From Myxococcota bacterium (GTDB lineage Bacteria > Myxococcota_A > Polyangia > Nannocystales > Nannocystaceae), in the NCBI GenBank assembly GCA_039028615.1, contig JBCCHT010000005.1:224001-288000 (forward strand): 64,000 nucleotides of DNA. Direction: 5' to 3'. Positions 40,250-49,576 of this stretch are shown here, piece by piece. Both the position numbers and the translations under genes were made by a program. Position 1 is the stretch's first letter. The number at the start of each line of letters is the position of its first letter. The notes beneath the pieces were generated by a model. It did no database searches. It was not told the DNA's origin and was given only the letters and a program-made list of their open reading frames with translations.

Positions 40250-40708
40250 TCATTTGCGGTGGGTCGTGATCTGCAGCAGCTCGCGCATCGGACCCTTGCG
40301 GCGGATGCAGCGATCGAGCGTGTAGCCGTCGAGGGTGCTCAGGAACGCGTCGCGGGCGGCCGCGAGGGGGCGCTTGAGGCCGCAGGAGGGGCTGAGCCGA
40401 CAGTCGCGCTCTTCGGGGGTCTCGGGGTCGAGACACACCACGGGGGCCAGCGACGGCTCGAGCTGGCGGACCACCTCGCCCACGTTGATCTCGCGGGGCG
40501 CCACGCCCAGTCGCACTCCACCGCCGCGACCCTGCTTGGACTCGAGGTAGCCCAGTCCGGTCAGGTGTTGGGCGACCTTGATGAGGTGGGTCGTGGAGAT
40601 GGCGTAGGACTCGGCGACGTGCTTGACCGGGATCCAGTCGTCGGTGGCGGCCGCGGCCAAGTACAGCATCAGCCGCAGGCCGTAGTCGGTATGGAGGGTC
40701 AGCTGCAC
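40250..40708 (-). CDS. Rrf2 family regulator (NsrR-like)
   Basis: TDYGLRLMLYLA, HLIKVAQ.L...GY..S..GRGGG, three C-terminal Cys. Confidence 0.9.
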   Translation of the reverse strand: MQLTLHTDYGLRLMLYLAAAATDDWIPVKHVAESYAISTTHLIKVAQHLTGLGYLESKQGRGGGVRLGVAPREINVGEVVRQLEPSLAPVVCLDPETPEERDCRLSPSCGLKRPLAAARDAFLSTLDGYTLDRCIRRKGPMRELLQITTHRK

Positions 40709-40712
40709 GGGC

Positions 40713-42191
40713 TCACGCGGGTCGATCGGAGGGCATGTCGGCGAGCGCGGGCGCTGGGGTGGCGAGCAGTCGATCGAGCATGGGGTTGATGATCTCGGCC
40801 CACGCATCGCGAGCGGCCACGGCGTGGGCCCGGGCGTCGAGGCGGCCGTGCTCGCTCAGGGCGCGGGCATCGGGCTCGCGGGCGGGCAGGGGCTCGGGGG
40901 AGGGCGCGAGGGCGACTGCGATGGAGCGAAGCTGCTCCGCGACGTCGGGTCCGCCCTGCTGAAGGGCCCAGGTGATGGTCTGCCAGGCGAGCGCGGCGTG
41001 CCCGGTCTCGTCGTCGGCGATCGCTTCGAGGGTGCGGGCGATGTCGTGCTGCGCACAGCCCCGCGCGGCTCGGCGGGCGACCAGGGCGGCGATGGTCTCG
41101 CCCACGCAGCCCTCGGCAAAGGTATCGGCGGCGAGGCGGGCGAGGGTACTGGGACGCGGTGCGAGGGCGGGCAGAGCTCCCGGCTCCACCGCGTGACCTC
41201 CGTAGTGGCCGGCGAGCGCGAAGCATTGCTGGGCGTGTCGAATCTCGTCGAGGCCGGCGCGCTGGGCTTCGGCGAGCAGCGAGGGCGGGGCACCCACCGC
41301 CATCAGCTCGAGCGTCGCGCGGGCGAAGGCGGCCACCGATGCGTGCTCGGCCTGGGCGTCCTCGAGCCACTCGCGGGCGATGCGTTGCCGCAGCGCCTCC
41401 GGCTCGCTCGGCACGGTGAGCGAAGCGGCCAGCGACGTGTCGTTCCAAGCGTCACCCGCTCGCACCTCGGCGACGACGGGGCCGTCTTCATCGAGGTGGG
41501 GGCGGCCCGAGCAGTAGTTGAACCAGTGGTAGCAGCACATGTCCGCGTTGCCGGTTCGCGCGCGGACCAGCTCGGTGCCGTGCTCGTTCAGCGCCCCTTG
41601 CATGTTGGGCTCGGTCGACAGTCCCTCGTAGGTCTGGGGGTCGGCCTTGATGAGCTTGCTCGACTGACCGCCCGTGATCTTCGTAGGGCAGTCCATCGTC
41701 GGCGGAATCTTGGGCACGCCGATCGCGACGGCGGCTTCGTTGGCGCCACACCAGTTGCCCGAGACGCAGTGCGCTTCCTCGGGGTTGTAGCCGTCGATAT
41801 AGGGCGGGTCGCCGGGGATCGGGTCGGACTTGGAGGGCGCGGGAACGGCCGCCGGTTTGGCGTTGGCGTCGGCCTGGCGGATGCGCATGGCGTCGCGTTC
41901 GTGCGCGGGGATGACCTGGTCGAGCGTCTTGCCCTCGGCCTTGGCCTTCGCTTCGTAGTCGCGCAACTTCCGCTCGTCGATCTTCAGCTGCTTGCGTTGC
42001 TGGGGCGCGGCGAGCTGCGTCGAACGGTTGGCCTCCTGGGCGCCGTCTTTTTCAGCGCCGGCCTTGCCCTTGCGTTCGACGTTCTTCTTTGGCGTACGCG
42101 GTGGCGGAGAGCACGCGGGAACGGCGGCGGCGAGGCTGGGAAGACTCGCCAGCAGGGCGATGCGGGTTCGCAGACGCGAGGTGTCGCGCAT
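40713..42191 (-). CDS. Lipoprotein with C-terminal ferritin-like (diiron) domain
   Basis: Lipobox VPAC; EHASVAAF, DEIRH, EGCVGE and DETGH ligand motifs. Confidence 0.8.
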   Translation of the reverse strand: MRDTSRLRTRIALLASLPSLAAAVPACSPPPRTPKKNVERKGKAGAEKDGAQEANRSTQLAAPQQRKQLKIDERKLRDYEAKAKAEGKTLDQVIPAHERDAMRIRQADANAKPAAVPAPSKSDPIPGDPPYIDGYNPEEAHCVSGNWCGANEAAVAIGVPKIPPTMDCPTKITGGQSSKLIKADPQTYEGLSTEPNMQGALNEHGTELVRARTGNADMCCYHWFNYCSGRPHLDEDGPVVAEVRAGDAWNDTSLAASLTVPSEPEALRQRIAREWLEDAQAEHASVAAFARATLELMAVGAPPSLLAEAQRAGLDEIRHAQQCFALAGHYGGHAVEPGALPALAPRPSTLARLAADTFAEGCVGETIAALVARRAARGCAQHDIARTLEAIADDETGHAALAWQTITWALQQGGPDVAEQLRSIAVALAPSPEPLPAREPDARALSEHGRLDARAHAVAARDAWAEIINPMLDRLLATPAPALADMPSDRPA

Positions 42192-42272
42192 GAGCGGCAC
42201 GGTAGCACCAACCGTCCCGCCAGGGGCCATCCGGCGGTCGTGCGCCCCCGGTCGCCTCGCGTCGGGTGTCGA

Positions 42273-43382
42273 TCAGGCCAGGACCGGCAATCGGGTCCGG
42301 ACTGGTCGGGTGGTGGGGGGCGCCGACGTTGGTGCGGGAGGCCGAGCCGCGGTCGGCGTGCGGGTCAACTCGGGGCGCGCCGGGTGATCGGTGCCACAGC
42401 CGTAGGGCGTGAGGCCCAACTCCTCGAGCATGCGGAGATCGTCGTCGGGCCCTCGGTTCGCCGTGGTGAGGAAGTCCCCGATCATCATGCCGGAGGCGCC
42501 GGCCGTGAACATCATGGGAAGCAACTGGCCCAGGTGCGTGCGACCGGCGGCGATGAAGATGTTCTGCCGCGGCAAGAACATCCGGTAGGCCGCGATCACC
42601 TGAAGGATCTGAAGCGGGCTCAGCGGCTCCACGTTCTCGAGCTTGGTGCCCTCGATGCTGACCAAGAAGTTCAGCGGCACTTCGTCGACGTCGAGCTCGC
42701 GCAAGGTCTCGGCCAGCTCGACGCGATCGGAGGGCTTTTCACCCATGCCGAAGATCCCGCCGACGCAGGTTCGCAGGCCCTTGGACTTGGCCCTTCGGAT
42801 CGTCGCGATCCGATCGTCGTAGCTGTGGGTGCTGACGATCTTCTCGAAGAAGCTACGGCCGGCCTCGAGGTTGTGGTTGAGCTCGGTGAGCCCCGCCTTG
42901 ACCAGACGATCCATGGCGTCGTCGTCGAGGAAGCCGACCGAGGCGTGGGCCTCGGTGTGGCCGGCGTCGCGGACGGCCGCGATGGCCGACTCGATGTGCG
43001 CGAGTCCTCGGCTGTCGTCCTTCAAACCGCGAGTCGCCGTCACCAGCCCGAGGGCCGTCGCGTGGCGGGTCTGCGCCTTGGCGCTGTGCTCGACGATGGT
43101 GTCGACGTCGGTGAACTTGTTCGGAGCGACGTGCGTGGAAAAGTGACGCGACTGCGAGCAGAAACCGCAATCTTCCGGGCATCCTCCTTCCTTCGCGTTG
43201 ACGATCGAGCACAGGTGCACGTGGTTGCCGAAGCGCGCGCGGCGAACTCGATCGGCGGCGGCCATCAGCTCCCACACGTCCGTCTCCGGCGACAAGAAGG
43301 AGAGCATTGCCGCGGAGTCGACGGCACTGTCGTTACCGGCCAGGATGCGGTCAGCAAAGGTGGCGGGCTCGGGTCGGCTCAT
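42273..43382 (-). CDS. bioB: Biotin synthase
   Basis: CPEDCGFCSQS, NHNLE, VPLNFL, AAGR, GDFLTT. Confidence 0.92.
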   Translation of the reverse strand: MSRPEPATFADRILAGNDSAVDSAAMLSFLSPETDVWELMAAADRVRRARFGNHVHLCSIVNAKEGGCPEDCGFCSQSRHFSTHVAPNKFTDVDTIVEHSAKAQTRHATALGLVTATRGLKDDSRGLAHIESAIAAVRDAGHTEAHASVGFLDDDAMDRLVKAGLTELNHNLEAGRSFFEKIVSTHSYDDRIATIRRAKSKGLRTCVGGIFGMGEKPSDRVELAETLRELDVDEVPLNFLVSIEGTKLENVEPLSPLQILQVIAAYRMFLPRQNIFIAAGRTHLGQLLPMMFTAGASGMMIGDFLTTANRGPDDDLRMLEELGLTPYGCGTDHPARPELTRTPTAARPPAPTSAPPTTRPVRTRLPVLA

Positions 43383-43529
43383 GGCGCGAGCATATACCAA
43401 GGAATGGCCTCGAGATTCGACCTCACGCGTAGCGACATCTAGACGGCTGGTGTTAGGCTCCGCGCCGCAACCCGCTGGGTGTAGGCCGCTACCGAACACC
43501 CCTGTGAAGCGTGTTGCCTAGGAGGTCCC

Positions 43530-44555
43530 GTGAGCCCAACGAGCGCGAAGTCACCGTCGGCCCCAGTGGCGGCCCGCGACCCTGATGAACTCCGTCGTCT
43601 CTACACCGAGATGCTGCGAATCCGGCGCTTCGAAGAGAGCGCTGCCCGTGCGTACACGCAGGGAAAGATCAGCGGCTTTCTCCACCTCTACATCGGCCAA
43701 GAAGCCATCGCGGTCGCCACCGCCGACTTGATGAAGCCGGGCGACCGAGTGGTCACCACGTATCGCGATCACGGCTTCGCCGTCGCGCTCGGTTGCAAGA
43801 CCGGCGCGTGCATGGCCGAGCTGTACGGCAAGAAGACCGGACTCGTCGGCGGCAACGGTGGGTCGATGCACTTCTTCGCCAAGGAAGAAGGCCTGTGGGG
43901 GGGCTACGCCATCGTCGGTGGTCATGTGCCGGTCGCGGCCGGGCACGCCTACGCGTCCAAGTACAAAAAAGACGGCGCGGTCACGCTGTGTTTCTTGGGC
44001 GAAGGCGCGATGCACATCGGAGCGACCCACGAAGGCATGCACCTCGCCGGCTTGTGGCGGCTGCCGATCGTGTTCGTCATCGAGAACAACCAGTACGCGA
44101 TGGGCACTCCGCTCTCGCGGCAGTCGCCGGTCGAAGACCTCACGGTGCGGGCTCCGTCCTATCGGATGACCAGCGACCGCTGGGTCGTGCGCGACGTGTT
44201 CGAAACCCGCGATCGCCTGGCCAAGGCCATCGACCGTGCGCGCGAGGAATCGCAGCCGACGCTCATCGAGCTGCTGACCTACCGCTTCCGCGGGCACAGC
44301 ATGAGCGACCCGGCCAAGTACCGCACCAAGGACGAGGTCGAGAAGTGGAAGGAAATCGACCCGCTGCACCGGGCCGAAAAAGAGCTCCATGAGGAGCACG
44401 GGGTCTCCGAGGACGAGCTCGAGTCGATCGACGACAAGGTCACCGAAGAAATGGATGCCGCCGTCGATTTCGCCGAGAGCTCGCCGCTGCCCGATCCCGA
44501 GCATCGCTTCCGCAACCACTACGTCGAGGACGACCTCGCCGCTACGGAGGGCTGA
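43530..44555 (+). CDS. pdhA: Pyruvate dehydrogenase E1 alpha
   Basis: GFLHLYIGQEA, GGSMH, TPP motif GEGA...ENN, TYRFRGHSMSDP. Confidence 0.95.
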   Translation: MSPTSAKSPSAPVAARDPDELRRLYTEMLRIRRFEESAARAYTQGKISGFLHLYIGQEAIAVATADLMKPGDRVVTTYRDHGFAVALGCKTGACMAELYGKKTGLVGGNGGSMHFFAKEEGLWGGYAIVGGHVPVAAGHAYASKYKKDGAVTLCFLGEGAMHIGATHEGMHLAGLWRLPIVFVIENNQYAMGTPLSRQSPVEDLTVRAPSYRMTSDRWVVRDVFETRDRLAKAIDRAREESQPTLIELLTYRFRGHSMSDPAKYRTKDEVEKWKEIDPLHRAEKELHEEHGVSEDELESIDDKVTEEMDAAVDFAESSPLPDPEHRFRNHYVEDDLAATEG

Positions 44556-44558
44556 GCC

Positions 44559-45542
44559 ATGGCCGAGATTCAGATTCGCGAAGCACTGCGCCAGGCCATC
44601 GACGAAGAGATGGGCCGGGACGACACGGTCTTCATCATGGGCGAGGAGGTCGGCCACTACAACGGGGCCTACAAGGTCACCGAGGGCCTGCTCGATCGCT
44701 ACGGCGAGCAGCGGGTGGTCGACACCCCGATCGCCGAGGCCGGCTTCGCCGGCGTGGGCGTGGGCGCGGCGATGGCCGGCCTGCGACCCATCATCGAGTT
44801 CATGACCTTCAACTTCTCGGCCGTCGCGTTCGACCAGATCTTGAACAACGCGGCCAAGCTCCGACAGCTGAGCAACGGGCAGTTCACCTTGCCCATGGTC
44901 TTCCGTGGCCCCAACGCGGCCGCGCACATGCTCAGCTCGACCCACAGCCAGGCCTTCGAGGCCTTCTACTGCGGGTTCCCGGGGGTGAAGGTCATCTCCG
45001 TCGCCACGCCCTACGACGCCAAGGGCCTGCTCAAGTCGGCCATCCGCGACGACAACCCGGTCATCTTCTTCGAGAGCGAAGTGATGTACTCGGTCAAGGG
45101 CGAGGTTCCCGACGGTGAGTACCTCATCCCCATCGGTCAGGCCGACATCAAGCGGCCCGGCGATCAGGTCACGGTGGTGACCTGGGGGCAGGGCGTGCCC
45201 GTCGCCTTGGCCGCGGCCGAGCTGGCCGCCGCCGACGGTATCGATTGCGAGGTCATCGACCTTCGCACCTTGCGACCCATGGACACCGAGGCGGTGCTCC
45301 AAAGCGTGCGCAAGACCAACCGAGCCGCGCTCATCTATCACGGCTGGCCCTACGGCGGCACGGGGGCGGAGATCAGCGATCGAATCCAGCGACTGGCCTT
45401 CGATCACCTCGACGCTCCCATCGAGCGGGTCTGCTACGAGGACCTGAACATGCCCTACGCCGAGAACCTCGAGAATCTCGTCATTCCCAGCCCCGAGCGC
45501 GCCCTGGAGGGGATTCGCCGGGTCGCTTACTTCAACGTCTAG
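44559..45542 (+). CDS. pdhB: Pyruvate dehydrogenase E1 beta
   Basis: MGEEVG, DTPIAE, EFMTFNF, HSQ, DLRTLRP. Confidence 0.95.
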   Translation: MAEIQIREALRQAIDEEMGRDDTVFIMGEEVGHYNGAYKVTEGLLDRYGEQRVVDTPIAEAGFAGVGVGAAMAGLRPIIEFMTFNFSAVAFDQILNNAAKLRQLSNGQFTLPMVFRGPNAAAHMLSSTHSQAFEAFYCGFPGVKVISVATPYDAKGLLKSAIRDDNPVIFFESEVMYSVKGEVPDGEYLIPIGQADIKRPGDQVTVVTWGQGVPVALAAAELAAADGIDCEVIDLRTLRPMDTEAVLQSVRKTNRAALIYHGWPYGGTGAEISDRIQRLAFDHLDAPIERVCYEDLNMPYAENLENLVIPSPERALEGIRRVAYFNV

Positions 45543-45563
45543 CGGGTCCAGAGGCTTTTTGTC

Positions 45564-46862
45564 ATGGCCAAGATCGTCGAATTACCCCGGCTCTCCGACA
45601 CCATGGAGGAGGGCGTCATTGCGCAGTGGCACATCGCCGTGGGCGACAAGGTCAAGCGTGGGCAGCTCATCGCGGAGATCGAGACCGACAAGGCGACGAT
45701 GGAGTTCGAGTCGTTCGACTCCGGCTTCGTGTTGAAGCTCGTTGCCCCCGAGGGTGAGACGCTGCCCATCGGCGCCCCGATTGCCGTGCTCGGCAAGAAG
45801 GACGAAGACGCCGACGCAGCGCTGGCCGCCCACAATGGCGGTGGGGGAGCGGCCCAAGCTCCCGCGGCTGCTCCGGCGCCCGCACCCGAGCCCGCGGCCG
45901 CTCCGGCGGCAGCGGCAGCACCCGCAGCGGCAGCACCCGCAGCGGCGCCCGCGGCCGCGCCCGAGTCGTTGGGTCGCGTCCCCGATCGCATCGCAGCCTC
46001 GCCCGTCGCTCGCCGGCTGGCGCGAGAGCACGGCATCGATCTCAGCGGGGTCACGGGCAGCGGTCCACACGGTCGCATCGTCAAGGTCGACGTGGAAGCG
46101 GCGGCGGCGGGCGGAGGCACGAAGGCCTCCGCTGCGCAGGCAAGCGGCGAAGTGGACGACCGCGGTCGGCCCTTCGTGGTGCGTCCCGACGAGCCGCAGA
46201 CGCTGTCGCAGATGCGCAAGACCATCGCCAAGCGCATGGCGAAGGCGAACGCCGAGATCCCGCATTTTTATCTGACCACGGTGGTCGACATGGATGCGGC
46301 GGTCGCCTTGCGGGCGCAGCTCAAGGAGGCGCTCGAGACCAAGGTCTCCTTCAACGACCTCGTGTTGTTGGCGGCGGCGCGGGCCCTGGTGGAGCACCCC
46401 GAGGTCAACGCCTACTGGGACGGCAAGACCATCGTGCGGCGCGGCAACGTGCACGTGGGCATGGCGGTCGCGGTCGACGAGGGGCTGATCGTCCCGGTCA
46501 TTCGGCACGCCGACCAAAAGACCCTGCGGCAGATCGCGACCGCGGCTCGAGATCTCGGCCTGCGCGGGCGCGACAAGAAGCTCGACCCCTCGGAGATGAG
46601 CGGCAGCACCTTCACCGTCTCCAACCTCGGCATGTTCGGCATCGACGAGTTCTCGGCGGTGGTGAACCTGGGCGAGGGAGCGATCCTGGCGGTGGGTGGG
46701 ATTACCGACACCGCGGTGCCCAAGGATGGCGAGATCGTCATCGGCAAGCGCATGAAGATGACGCTGTCGTGCGACCACCGGGTCATGGATGGAGCGGTGG
46801 GGGCAAAGTTCCTCGCCACCATGCGAGGGCTGCTCGAAAAGCCCCTCGCCATGCTCGCCTGA
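45564..46862 (+). CDS. pdhC: Dihydrolipoamide acetyltransferase E2
   Basis: Lipoyl motif ETDKA, Ala/Pro linker, ASPVARRLA, DHRVMDG. Confidence 0.95.
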   Translation: MAKIVELPRLSDTMEEGVIAQWHIAVGDKVKRGQLIAEIETDKATMEFESFDSGFVLKLVAPEGETLPIGAPIAVLGKKDEDADAALAAHNGGGGAAQAPAAAPAPAPEPAAAPAAAAAPAAAAPAAAPAAAPESLGRVPDRIAASPVARRLAREHGIDLSGVTGSGPHGRIVKVDVEAAAAGGGTKASAAQASGEVDDRGRPFVVRPDEPQTLSQMRKTIAKRMAKANAEIPHFYLTTVVDMDAAVALRAQLKEALETKVSFNDLVLLAAARALVEHPEVNAYWDGKTIVRRGNVHVGMAVAVDEGLIVPVIRHADQKTLRQIATAARDLGLRGRDKKLDPSEMSGSTFTVSNLGMFGIDEFSAVVNLGEGAILAVGGITDTAVPKDGEIVIGKRMKMTLSCDHRVMDGAVGAKFLATMRGLLEKPLAMLA

Positions 46863-46883
46863 GGTCGATCGCACCCAATACGC

Positions 46884-46921
46884 AGGGGGCTCACCGGTTG
46901 TCGGTGAGCCCCTCGTTCGTT
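46884..46921 (+). terminator. Terminator after the pdh operon
   Basis: GGGGCTCACCG-gttgt-CGGTGAGCCCC followed by TCGTTCGTT. Confidence 0.7.
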
Positions 46922-47072
46922 CCTGGGTCCAGGCCGCGGCGGTTTTGTCTCAATGTCATTGCGCCGCGGTGCGGTGGGTTTGCTCCGGGTCTCACGGGGG
47001 TCGTGCTCGCAAGCCTAGTGTTGTGCCCTACCGACAACGCGGGCACTCTGGGAGAGGATTCAGTCGTCACTC

Positions 47073-47738
47073 ATGCGCGCACTTTTCGAGCCCTCTGTCG
47101 TCCTTCGCAACGCGTTGCTGGGGCTGGTGGTCGCCGCAGCGTTCGGCCCCAGTTGTGTCATCGAGTCGATCTTCACCTGCGCCCAGGACGAAGATTGCGT
47201 CGCCGAGGGAGGCGAAGGGGGCGTGTGCGAGTCGAACATCCAGTGCACCTTCCCCGACGAGAGCTGCGACAACGGCAAGCGCTGGCATGAGCGCGCGGTC
47301 GAGGAGCTGGCCGGGCAGTGTTACGACCCGTCCATGCTCGGGGGCAGCGGCAGCGCCACCGACGGTAGCGGCGGCGATGAGGGCTCGGGCGAGACGGGGG
47401 CGGCCTCGAGCGGATCGACGGCCGCGGGAGACGACGTCGCCGACGACGGCTCGGACGACGCCCCGATGACCAGCGCGGAGAGCAGCGGGGAGCCGCCCGG
47501 GTCGGGCTGTGACGATCAGTTCGGCTCGGCGAACGGCTACGAGCTGTGCCAGGAGACCGAGATGGCGTGCGTGTTCAATGCCGTGCTCGACCAGTCGAGC
47601 TGCGACGACCTGTGCATGAGCTTCGGCACGACCTGTGTCACCGCCTTCAACAACGAGGCCGGCGACTGTGCCTCGGCGGCCGACGAGGCGCCCTGCAGCG
47701 AGGCCGCCAACGACCAGATCTGCGCCTGCGCCAAGTAG
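47073..47738 (+). CDS. Cys-rich lipoprotein
   Basis: Signal ending GPSC; two Cys-rich domains joined by a Ser/Gly/Asp linker. Confidence 0.75.
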   Translation: MRALFEPSVVLRNALLGLVVAAAFGPSCVIESIFTCAQDEDCVAEGGEGGVCESNIQCTFPDESCDNGKRWHERAVEELAGQCYDPSMLGGSGSATDGSGGDEGSGETGAASSGSTAAGDDVADDGSDDAPMTSAESSGEPPGSGCDDQFGSANGYELCQETEMACVFNAVLDQSSCDDLCMSFGTTCVTAFNNEAGDCASAADEAPCSEAANDQICACAK

Positions 47739-47757
47739 CGAGGAGACCGGGGTTCTC

Positions 47758-48366
47758 GTGACGCTGTTCGTCTACGCGGCGCCCAAGGAAGGCGAGCCCT
47801 TTGCGAGCGACCCGAGGTTCAGCGAACTCGGGGTGGGCAAGGTCGCGGCAACCGTGGCGCTGACCCGGCTGATGCTCGAGCGCTCACCCCAGCAGGTGGT
47901 GCTTTTCGGGGTCGCGGGGGCTCATCCGGGCGGACCCGAGGTGGGGCAGGCGTGTCTCGTCGAGTCGGACTGGCTCGCGGACGAAGGCGTGGCTACGCCC
48001 GGTGGGTTCCTCTCACTCGAGGACCTGGGCTTGGGCCGCCGCGGTCCCTTCACCACGTCTCTCACGCTCGGCGCATGGATTCGGGCACAGGTCGGCGGCG
48101 AGCTGCCGTCGGTGATCGGGGCGACGGTGTCGACCTGCAGCGGCAGCGATGCTCGGGCAGCGTCGGCTCGATCGGCGTGCCCCGAGGCGCTCGTCGAGAC
48201 GATGGAGGGCGCGGCGGTCGGCGCCGTGTGTGAGGCGTTCGGGGTGCCCTGGGCCCAGCTGCGCGTGATCAGCAATCGCACCGGAGACCGCGAGGCGGCG
48301 GGGTGGGACCTGCCGGGCGCGTTGACGGTGCTGCACGACGCCGTGGGGCGCCTGCTGGAGACCTAG
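47758..48366 (+). CDS. mqnB: Futalosine hydrolase
   Basis: GVGK..A, TVSTCSG, ETMEGAAV, RVISNRTGDR...W; adjacent to mqnD. Confidence 0.85.
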   Translation: MTLFVYAAPKEGEPFASDPRFSELGVGKVAATVALTRLMLERSPQQVVLFGVAGAHPGGPEVGQACLVESDWLADEGVATPGGFLSLEDLGLGRRGPFTTSLTLGAWIRAQVGGELPSVIGATVSTCSGSDARAASARSACPEALVETMEGAAVGAVCEAFGVPWAQLRVISNRTGDREAAGWDLPGALTVLHDAVGRLLET

Positions 48367-48419
48367 GCTCCGCCCGTGTGCCGCGCGTCGTCCGGCCTGC
48401 TACGGTCCGGGGCGTAGCC

Positions 48420-49280
48420 ATGTCCGAGTCCAACGTGCTGCCGATCGGCTTTTCCAGCTGCCCCAACGACACCTTCATGTTCGATGCGCTGGTGCACGGT
48501 CGGGTGCCCGCGGGAGACCTGCGCTTCGCGGTGGAGATGGACGACATCGAGGTCCTCAATCGGCGCGCGCTCGGGCTCGAAGAGCGAGCGCCGCTGCCGG
48601 TCACCAAGGTCAGCGTGGCGGCGCTGGGTCAGCTCACCAGGGACTACGCGGTGCTCGACGCCGGCGCGGCGCTGGGGCGAGGCTGCGGCCCGCTCGTGCT
48701 GCGGCGGGCCGATGACGAACGACGCACCACGCTGGCGAGCCTCGACGGAGCCCGGGTCGCCATCCCGGGCGAGGCCACCACCGCGAACTTGTTGCTGAAG
48801 CTGTTTGCGCCGTCGGTCGAGCGGGTGTCGATGCGCTTCGACGAGATCATGTCTGCGCTTCAGCGCGGGGAGGTCGACGCGGGGTTGGTGATTCACGAGA
48901 GTCGCTTCACCTACGCCGATCACGGGCTCGCCTGCATTGCCGACCTCGGTGAGTGTTGGGAACGTGAAACCGACTTGCCGCTGCCGCTCGGGGTGATCGT
49001 GGCGCGACGGGACTTGGCGGACGAGACCGTGCGGGCGGTCGAGCAAGGGCTTCGTCGTTCCGTCGATGCCGCGTGGGCCGACCCGGACTCCACGACCGCC
49101 TACGTGCGGGAGCATGCGCAGGAGATCGAGCCCGAGGTGTGCAAGCAGCACATTGCGCTCTATGTGAACGATTTCTCCGCGTCGCTCGGAGGGTTGGGGC
49201 GGCGGGCGATCGACGAGCTGGTGCAGCGGATGCGTGCGGCCGGGATCATGGACGGCAGCGCGCCCGGTCCCTGGCGTTGA
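48420..49280 (+). CDS. mqnD: 1,4-dihydroxy-6-naphthoate synthase
   Basis: GFSSCPNDTF, GAALGRGCGP, IHESRFTY, HIALYVN. Confidence 0.92.
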   Translation: MSESNVLPIGFSSCPNDTFMFDALVHGRVPAGDLRFAVEMDDIEVLNRRALGLEERAPLPVTKVSVAALGQLTRDYAVLDAGAALGRGCGPLVLRRADDERRTTLASLDGARVAIPGEATTANLLLKLFAPSVERVSMRFDEIMSALQRGEVDAGLVIHESRFTYADHGLACIADLGECWERETDLPLPLGVIVARRDLADETVRAVEQGLRRSVDAAWADPDSTTAYVREHAQEIEPEVCKQHIALYVNDFSASLGGLGRRAIDELVQRMRAAGIMDGSAPGPWR

Positions 49281-49291
49281 GCGCTGCCGAC

Positions 49292-49519
49292 TCAGGCGTC
49301 GCTTTGGTGCACGGTGCGGGGAATCGTGTGCCCGCGATCGTCGATGACCTTCCAGAACTCGGGCCACATCGGGATCTCGACCATCGTCGGCACGACCTCG
49401 TCGAAGTTGTGCGGGTAGGTGCGCTTGAGGTAGGCGACCACGGCTTTGGGCGAGGGGGCCTCCACGAAGTGGGGCTCCATGGGTGGGAACTCGTAGCGGA
49501 ACTTGCGAAGCTCGGACAT
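49292..49519 (-). CDS. Small hypothetical protein (75 aa)
   Basis: Clean ORF with high-GC3 codons and protein-like composition. Confidence 0.6.
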   Translation of the reverse strand: MSELRKFRYEFPPMEPHFVEAPSPKAVVAYLKRTYPHNFDEVVPTMVEIPMWPEFWKVIDDRGHTIPRTVHQSDA

Positions 49520-49576
49520 CGGCGCGCTCGGGAGACGGTGACCGCCAGTCTACTGGACTCGCGCTAGACTCGTGAG

